Shown: in pieces, positions 57,704 to 64,000 of the stretch
Position numbering within the stretch: position 1 is the first letter of the stretch
How the letters are laid out: each line of letters opens with the position of its first letter
DNA from: a virus
Length of the DNA: 64,000 nucleotides
IMG/VR virus record: IMGVR_UViG_3300036770_004428
Span: 30,982-94,981 of that record
Strand: one strand, 5' to 3'
Translations under genes and position numbers: made by a program
Notes under the pieces: model-generated
Seen by the model: only the letters and a program-made list of their open reading frames with translations
Told to the model about the DNA's origin: nothing
Databases searched by the model: none

Positions 57704-59659
57704 ATGAATATTATTATAAAAGAAGAATTGTTGAATGAGGGTGGTTTACGTAATATACGAGAACTAGCTAATAGATATAATAAAGCAAAAATATATTTCC
57801 ACCAAGATCTTGACGGTGTAACTACTGCTTTGGCTATGAAAAATTATTTGGAAAATAACGGGATTAAAGTAATTGATGCCGAAGTAATCCAATATGGTGA
57901 TAAAGAATTTTCAATTAAAAAACCCTCTGCAAGTGGTGATGTAATGCCAGTTCTAGTAGATTTTGCTCACGGAAAACCGATGTTTGTTATTCACACAGAC
58001 CATCACGATAAACAAGTTGGTGCAGAAAAAGGTGCTTCAACTTCATTTAGAGCATCTAGGTCAAACGTTGAGACCATTTCACAAATAGTTTCTTCTTCAG
58101 ATATTTTTCCTGATAATGATATTAAAATGATATCTACGGTAGATTCGGCTGATTTTGTTAAAATGGGAGTTACACCGGATGATATTATGACATATGTCTT
58201 CCAATTAGATAAAGAAAAAGAATTATCTAGAAATAAAATTATCATGGCTTTAGTAACTAATAAACTATTATTGGCTTACAAAAACAAACCTAAATTTTTG
58301 GAAAGATTAGTTATGAATTCATCTCCTTCTCTTCTAAACATTTATTTTAATATAATTAAATTAGCTAAAGAAGAAGGTTATGTTTCACCTGAGATAATGA
58401 AAAAAAATCTAGAGGACTATATAGAAGCACAAAAAAAGAGTGAAAATGTAGAGTATATAAAGGATTATGGTATTATATCACAATACGGTGGTGGGGCATT
58501 ATTTAAACCAGGTGCATATGATAGATATGTACCTTTTAAAAATTATCCTGACGCAAACTTTTTAGTCATAGCATGGCCTTTAGGTTTATTACAGGCATCA
58601 TGTAATCCATTTAAAGCTAGTAGAGAATTAAAAGGTGTTAACTTAGGTGAGATAGCACAAGAAGTTTTAGCTCAATATGAATCAGAACTTAAATCTAAAA
58701 AAATAACCATAGATACTATAAAATATTTTGCTGAAAAAAATAAAGAATTTGTTGAGGAGTCTGTCGGATTTACCTTCAACGACCTAGTTGCAATGTTTGA
58801 AGAAACTGATGGTGGCATAGAAGGTTTGAATACTGTACCGAGTGGTTCTTCTAGTGATTATACTGTTGACAGGTGGCATAACGCTTTAAGAAAAGTAATG
58901 GATAAACCTTATTCATTGTTAAATGATAGGGAAAAAAAGGCACTTAAACTTTTAAGTGTGACTGGTTGGGACATGATTCAGGCTAATAGTGGTGGACATA
59001 AATGTATCACTAATATATCAGGTTTAATGTACTTTGGTAAAGATGGTAAAGAATTTTTACTGAAATTTAAGGATAGTTTAATAAATAAGTTAAAGGAAAA
59101 AATAGACTCCGATAAAATATCTGAAAATATTTTTACTAAAAAACAAATATTAAAAGAAGTAAATGAGTTTCAAGACATCTATTCTAGTATGTGGGATAAA
59201 ATGTTAAGGTCAGTATGTATGAAATACACAAAAGATGTAAATCAGGCCGAAGACTTTTGTCAAAATGGTTTTATTAAGGTATACCAAAATTTAAACAAAT
59301 ATGATAACACAGGTTCTCTAGAGGGTTGGGTTAAAAGAGTTATTAACAATAGTATTTTAGATGAATTAAGAAAAAATAAAATTTCTTTTGTGAGTGGTGG
59401 TGATGAAGGTTTTGATTTTTCTAGATATAATGTAGGTGATGAGGAATATGAGGAAGGTATTTCTTTAGAAGATATTAAAAAAGTTTTACCACAATTACCA
59501 CAATCTTATAAAAAAGCAATAGAAATGTATTATATAGAAGGTTTAAAACATGACGAAATAGCCAAAAAATTAGGTATATCACCAAGTACATCTAAAACAA
59601 ACCTAATGAAGGCAAAGGCTAGAATGAAGGATTTATTATCAAATACATACAATCAGTAA
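57704..59659 (+). CDS. DHH/DHHA1-like phosphoesterase fused to a C-terminal ECF sigma-70 factor
   Basis: HQDLDG, VLVD, TDHH, SGGH; from about aa 488, sigma region 2 (AED..Q.GFIK...GS.EGW..R...N..LD.LRK) and region 4 (LP..Y......EG..H.EIA..LGIS.STSK.NL..A). Confidence 0.85.
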   Translation: MNIIIKEELLNEGGLRNIRELANRYNKAKIYFHQDLDGVTTALAMKNYLENNGIKVIDAEVIQYGDKEFSIKKPSASGDVMPVLVDFAHGKPMFVIHTDHHDKQVGAEKGASTSFRASRSNVETISQIVSSSDIFPDNDIKMISTVDSADFVKMGVTPDDIMTYVFQLDKEKELSRNKIIMALVTNKLLLAYKNKPKFLERLVMNSSPSLLNIYFNIIKLAKEEGYVSPEIMKKNLEDYIEAQKKSENVEYIKDYGIISQYGGGALFKPGAYDRYVPFKNYPDANFLVIAWPLGLLQASCNPFKASRELKGVNLGEIAQEVLAQYESELKSKKITIDTIKYFAEKNKEFVEESVGFTFNDLVAMFEETDGGIEGLNTVPSGSSSDYTVDRWHNALRKVMDKPYSLLNDREKKALKLLSVTGWDMIQANSGGHKCITNISGLMYFGKDGKEFLLKFKDSLINKLKEKIDSDKISENIFTKKQILKEVNEFQDIYSSMWDKMLRSVCMKYTKDVNQAEDFCQNGFIKVYQNLNKYDNTGSLEGWVKRVINNSILDELRKNKISFVSGGDEGFDFSRYNVGDEEYEEGISLEDIKKVLPQLPQSYKKAIEMYYIEGLKHDEIAKKLGISPSTSKTNLMKAKARMKDLLSNTYNQ

Positions 59660-59663
59660 AAAC

Positions 59664-59698
59664 AAAAAACACATTACCCATTTACGATGTGTTTTTTT
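59664..59698 (+). terminator. Terminator after the DHH-sigma gene, overlapping the polymerase promoter
   Basis: aaaaaacacat-N12-atgtgttttttt. Confidence 0.6.
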
Positions 59699-59709
59699 AT
59701 GCCTATTAT
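59681..59709 (+). promoter_or_regulatory. Putative middle-class promoter TTTACG-N17-TATTAT for DNA polymerase
   Basis: Exact 17-bp spacer, same form as the ssb promoter. Confidence 0.6.
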
Positions 59710-59761
59710 TAAATAAAATAACGAGTGGTTAAGATTTGCCCGTCCCAAAAATCAAAGTATT

Positions 59762-62650
59762 ATGAGTAAAAAAGAAATTAAACAAGCAAATCCCGAAGAT
59801 ATTAAAAAATTTCTTGAGGGTCATGATGATGAAAAATATATCGTCTCAGTAGAATTAAATCAGACAGATGATTGGTCAATTGATGAAACAAATAAAGTTT
59901 ATTTAGTAATTGACGACCCACAAAAGGGTAAAAAAATCAAAATACAAAAATTCACACCTTTTTGTTGGACAAAATCTTTAAGGGGTAGTGGTTTTTATGG
60001 TGACGATTTGGATGTTATTAGAAAAGCTGCCAAACAATACGGTATATCCACTGAAAAATTAGAAACTGGTGATAACGAAAGATTAGAAGGTGGTTATAAG
60101 TTCTTAGTAAAAACAACAGGTACTTATCGTGATTTAGTAAACTTCTTCAAAAGAGGTGGAGTAGACCCGTGGTCTAAAGAAAATAAGATGATACAAATCT
60201 TACCACCTGTAGAACAATTTATGATTCAAACAGGAAAAAGATTATTTAAGGGTTACGAAGATTACACTGAAGTCCATAAATTAACATTCGATATTGAGAC
60301 CACTAGTCTTGAACCTGAGAATGGTCATTGTTTCATGATTGGTATTAAAGATAATCGTGGTTTTAAAGAACTGTTAACAGCTTATGGTGATGACGGTGAA
60401 TATTCTGAAGAAAAAGAAAAAGAAATGTATAATAAGTTCTTTGAAATTATACATGAACTAGAACCCACTATTATTATTGGTTATAACTCAGAAAATTTTG
60501 ACTGGAACTATATTTTTGGTAGAATGGAGATTCTAGGTATATCCAAAAGTAATGTAAAAAGGTCTAAAAAAACAAATAGAGTCACCTCAGTCGAGATTGA
60601 CACTGACATAATAAAAACCAAACACCCAATGATTAAGTGTTCTAGAAACCCTTCTACACTTAAATTAGGTGCTGAAACGGAAGATTATTACCAAACAAGT
60701 ATGTGGGGTTATAATGTTATGGATACCTATCATAGGGTTAGACAGGCTATGGCTTTAAATTCAAGTCTACAAAGTGGTGGTTTGAAATATATCGCTAAAG
60801 AAGCGGGTATAGAAAGAAATAATCGTGTTTATATCGAAGGAGGCCAATTAGGTAAAATTTGGAATGAAAATAAAAATTATTACTATAACCCAACATCTGG
60901 ACAGTGGTATTCTTTAGATGGTGATAAACCAAAACCAAAAGAGGTAGAAGACAAAAAAAGTGGTGAATTAAAAATTATCGATGGTTATGAAGATAAATGG
61001 GAAGTTGTTGACGGTAGATTTTTAGTGAAAGAATATCTTAATGATGACCTTTTAGAGACTGAACAAGTTGACGATATTTATGCTCAAGCCGGGTTTTTGA
61101 CAGCAGCTTTAGTCCCAACCAATTTTATACGTTCCATTACTATGGGTACGGCCACAATGTGGAAAACACTGATGATGGCGTGGTCTTATGAAAATGGGTT
61201 AGCTTTACCTGATATACAAGAAAAACGTGATTTTGTTGGTGGTTTATCTAGATTATTAAAGTTAGGTTTTAGTCAAAATATTGCTAAATTTGACTACGCT
61301 TCACTTTATCCTTCTATACAATTAACGCATGACGTATTTCCAACAGTCGATGTCTCTGGGGCTTTAAAAGCAATGTTAAAATATCTCTTAGATACACGTA
61401 ATGAGTACAAATATTTGGCTAACAAATATAAAGAAGAAGGTGATGAAAAGTTAGCCGGTAAATTCGATAAAAAACAATTACCGATTAAGATTTTTAATAA
61501 CTCAGCTTTTGGTTCTATTTCCGCTCCATATATTTTTCCTTGGGGTGATATTGACATCGGTGAAACCATTACTTGTACTGGTAGACAATATTTAAGACAC
61601 ATGATTAGGTTTTTTATTGAGCGTGGTTATGAACCATTAGTATTAGATACTGACGGTGTTAACTTTTCTTATGGTGAAGATGTTAAAAACCATAAATACG
61701 AAGGAAAAGGGTACCATAGATTTGTTAAAAAAGGTGAGATATATGAGGGTATTGAGGCAGATGTTGCTGAATATAATGATAGATATATGCATGGTGTTAT
61801 GGGGTTGGATATTGATGAGGTTTGGCCGGCAACTATTAATTTATCACGTAAAAATTATGCGACATTAAAACCAAACGGTAAAATTAAATTAACTGGTAAC
61901 ACAATTAAGGGAAAGACAATTCAAAAATATATTAAAAACTTCTTAGATAAAGGTATTAAGTTATTGTTATCAGGTAAGGGTAAAGAGTTTGTTGACTATT
62001 ATAATGAATACCTTGAAAGGATATATAATATGGATATTCCTCTAGCAGAAATAGCTAATAAATCAAAAGTTAAAAAAACAGTTGACCAATATAAAAGAAG
62101 GGGTACAAATAAAAATGGTGGTGATTTACCTAGACAGGCACACATGGAATTAATAATAAAAGAAAATGTCCATGTACAATTAGGTGATGATATTTATTAT
62201 GTTAATAATGGTACTAAAAAATCACATGGTGACATACAACTAAAGAAAACTAAAAATGACCCACCAGAAGGTACTTTAGTTTTTAACTCCTATTTAATCA
62301 CAAGTGAACAAATAGAAAAAAATCCTAATTTGAAGGGGGTGTATAATGTACCAAAATATATTGACGCTTTTAACAAAAAAGTAGAACCTTTATTGGTTGT
62401 TTTTAGACCTCACATTAGAGAAACACTTTTAATTACTGACCCCGAAGATAAACAATTTTTTACTAATACAGAATTAGAGTTGGTTTCTGGGGTACCTACT
62501 AAACCAGAAGACCAAGACACTTTAGATGAACTTATGACTATGAGTGAAGAAGAAAAACGCTTTTGGAAAATGAAAGGTATTTCTTCAGAGTATATGATTA
62601 GTGATAGATTTGATTCAGAGGAAATCACTGAAGAAGAAGAATATTTCTAA
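59762..62650 (+). CDS. Family B DNA polymerase
   Basis: Exo I FDIET, Exo II GYNSENFD, motif A DYASLYPS, B K...NS.FG, C DTDG. Confidence 0.95.
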   Translation: MSKKEIKQANPEDIKKFLEGHDDEKYIVSVELNQTDDWSIDETNKVYLVIDDPQKGKKIKIQKFTPFCWTKSLRGSGFYGDDLDVIRKAAKQYGISTEKLETGDNERLEGGYKFLVKTTGTYRDLVNFFKRGGVDPWSKENKMIQILPPVEQFMIQTGKRLFKGYEDYTEVHKLTFDIETTSLEPENGHCFMIGIKDNRGFKELLTAYGDDGEYSEEKEKEMYNKFFEIIHELEPTIIIGYNSENFDWNYIFGRMEILGISKSNVKRSKKTNRVTSVEIDTDIIKTKHPMIKCSRNPSTLKLGAETEDYYQTSMWGYNVMDTYHRVRQAMALNSSLQSGGLKYIAKEAGIERNNRVYIEGGQLGKIWNENKNYYYNPTSGQWYSLDGDKPKPKEVEDKKSGELKIIDGYEDKWEVVDGRFLVKEYLNDDLLETEQVDDIYAQAGFLTAALVPTNFIRSITMGTATMWKTLMMAWSYENGLALPDIQEKRDFVGGLSRLLKLGFSQNIAKFDYASLYPSIQLTHDVFPTVDVSGALKAMLKYLLDTRNEYKYLANKYKEEGDEKLAGKFDKKQLPIKIFNNSAFGSISAPYIFPWGDIDIGETITCTGRQYLRHMIRFFIERGYEPLVLDTDGVNFSYGEDVKNHKYEGKGYHRFVKKGEIYEGIEADVAEYNDRYMHGVMGLDIDEVWPATINLSRKNYATLKPNGKIKLTGNTIKGKTIQKYIKNFLDKGIKLLLSGKGKEFVDYYNEYLERIYNMDIPLAEIANKSKVKKTVDQYKRRGTNKNGGDLPRQAHMELIIKENVHVQLGDDIYYVNNGTKKSHGDIQLKKTKNDPPEGTLVFNSYLITSEQIEKNPNLKGVYNVPKYIDAFNKKVEPLLVVFRPHIRETLLITDPEDKQFFTNTELELVSGVPTKPEDQDTLDELMTMSEEEKRFWKMKGISSEYMISDRFDSEEITEEEEYF

Positions 62651-62677
62651 ATATCGTAAAACAATCATAATTACATG

Positions 62678-62685
62678 ATATTTAT
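62678..62685 (+). promoter_or_regulatory. Late promoter motif ATATTTAT
   Basis: 14 nt upstream of ATG 62700. Confidence 0.65.
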
Positions 62686-62699
62686 ATAGAAAAGTTAAT

Positions 62700-63209
62700 A
62701 TGAATATCATTTTATTAAATGAATTAGTTAATTCAGATGGTAGTAGAATAAAGGGTGATTCTAAAGTAGATCAGTCTAATAATATGACAACATCTAAATT
62801 AACTACTGACGATAAAGTACTTATGCAAAGACCTGGTATTAGTAGATACAGTAACTATGGTCGTGTGTATGTAGGTGAAGAAGATGATGAAGTAACAAAA
62901 TTACCGCCCAAAAAAAAATCTAAGAAAAAAGCTAAACTAAAAGAGGATGTTTTTACTAAAAAAGATTTTGATAAAGAATTTGTACAAAAAAAAATAGAAA
63001 ATCTATCACAAAACAATATCCAAAATCTAGACTCAATTAGAGACACAAACCCAATCCTAATAAGAAAAGTTGGTGCATTAAAAGATATTATAGAAAAAAA
63101 TAGTGCTAGTGGTGAAGAAAAGGCGGTGATATTAAATTATCTTTTAGATATGGATTTATCTGATATACCACAAAATTATAAAGAAATATTAAAAAGAAAA
63201 TTAGGATAA
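62700..63209 (+). CDS. Hypothetical late protein (MNIILLNE leader)
   Basis: 169-aa ORF behind a late motif. Confidence 0.7.
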   Translation: MNIILLNELVNSDGSRIKGDSKVDQSNNMTTSKLTTDDKVLMQRPGISRYSNYGRVYVGEEDDEVTKLPPKKKSKKKAKLKEDVFTKKDFDKEFVQKKIENLSQNNIQNLDSIRDTNPILIRKVGALKDIIEKNSASGEEKAVILNYLLDMDLSDIPQNYKEILKRKLG

Positions 63210-63709
63210 TGGCCAATAGTAAACTTAGTGGTAATAAAATCTTAATCGATGACGATATTAATCATCATTTAAAAAAAATATATAATGCGTATAAAGGACC
63301 TAAAGATGTTGAAGGTTATGAACGTTTAAGAGGTTTATGTGATAGTAAAGATGTATCATATGAACAATTAAAAAGAATAAAAAATTTCTTTGACAGTTTT
63401 GAGGGTAAAAATACGGAAACACCTTATCTTTTAAACGGAGGTACCAAAATGAAAAATTGGGTACACACAAAATTGAGTGATATGAGAAGTAAGGTCCAAA
63501 GTAAAAAAGATAACATGAGTTCTATTGGGATGCCTAATCAGTATCAAAAAGATAAAATTAGATTACCGAAAGTTAAAATAGATAGTCATGATTCAGATAC
63601 TAATAAAATTTTAAGACAAGAAGGTATTTATAGAATAAAGGTCTTAAATGACTTAATAACAGAAATAGATAAAAACAAAAAATTATGCCAGGACCAGCAC
63701 AGTCAATAG
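63209..63709 (+). CDS. Hypothetical protein
   Basis: 166 aa, TAATG-coupled; SYEQLKRIKNFF..YLLNGG..MK.WV. Confidence 0.7.
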   Translation: MANSKLSGNKILIDDDINHHLKKIYNAYKGPKDVEGYERLRGLCDSKDVSYEQLKRIKNFFDSFEGKNTETPYLLNGGTKMKNWVHTKLSDMRSKVQSKKDNMSSIGMPNQYQKDKIRLPKVKIDSHDSDTNKILRQEGIYRIKVLNDLITEIDKNKKLCQDQHSQ

Positions 63710-64000
63710 CACCTGTATTAACAGATGCTAACTCAGTAGAAGAACTAAACCCTAATGGTGGTGCAGTCACTAACCAAGAACCCTCTTTGAAAGCAACAGG
63801 TGATTACCAAAGAGCACAGGTTACATCTTTTAATGTCTATAATATTACACCGACTAATAACTATAGTGCACAACACCCTAATGCACAATCAGATGGTGAT
63901 GACTATGGTAGAGGTGAAACTGGACCAAACTCAGGAGTTGGTACTTTAATAGATTCACAAAGAAAAGATGTTCTTTTATATTCTTCAGGTAACAAATATA
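63685..64000 (+). CDS. Hypothetical protein, truncated by the window end
   Basis: ATG 63685 (MPGPAQSIAP...HPNAQSDGDDYGRG) open to 64000. Confidence 0.65.
   Translation, partial: MPGPAQSIAPVLTDANSVEELNPNGGAVTNQEPSLKATGDYQRAQVTSFNVYNITPTNNYSAQHPNAQSDGDDYGRGETGPNSGVGTLIDSQRKDVLLYSSGNKY

Noticed and set aside
59762-62650. Inteins in the polymerase (also checked nrdJ, helicase, recA)
   Set aside because: Normal lengths, with no splice-junction or LAGLIDADG motifs interrupting conserved blocks
2817-63046. Short antisense ORFs in the track (e.g. 2817, 22027, 24690, 26856, 37510, 61306)
   Set aside because: They are shadows of real genes on the opposite strand, with no promoters or motifs
1-64000. 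Stop-codon reassignment, as in some large Bacteroidota phages
   Set aside because: Very long ORFs are intact in the standard code and coding density is high
1-64000. CRISPR arrays, tRNA or rRNA genes
   Set aside because: Intergenic gaps are short and no repeat-spacer or cloverleaf pattern was seen by eye; a tRNA scan was not run

Overview
64 kb of an AT-rich, large contractile-tailed (myovirus / jumbo-type) phage genome read in the standard genetic code. The host is probably a Bacteroidota member. Evidence: TTTG-N18-20-TAnnTTTG promoters, A-rich start regions without Shine-Dalgarno sites, and Bacteroidota-like ClpP and ECF sigma sequences. Layout from left to right: (1) replication block on the minus strand (class II RNR, DnaB-like helicase, 5'-3' exonuclease, RecA, gp32-like SSB); (2) long tail/baseplate block (2623-aa lysozyme plus M15 peptidase protein, 1802-aa baseplate protein with an OmpA-like insert, tape measure, tail chaperone, tube, sheath, fibres, neck), interrupted by cassette-like genes; (3) SNF2 helicase, a DHH phosphoesterase-ECF sigma fusion and a family B polymerase. 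The main hypotheses are: (a) late-promoter genes share a short K..I/L-x-E leader that may be a capsid-targeting and protease-cleavage tag, and it also appears at both the N-terminus and the domain junction of the DHH-sigma fusion, suggesting a virion-delivered phosphoesterase and sigma factor; (b) three promoter classes can be read from the DNA (host-type, TTTAYN-N17-TAnnnT, ATATTTAT); (c) a U7 slippery site predicts a +1/-2 tail-chaperone frameshift; (d) an unrecognised ~165-aa domain is shared by two accessory proteins. All calls come from reading motifs by eye; no searches were run.
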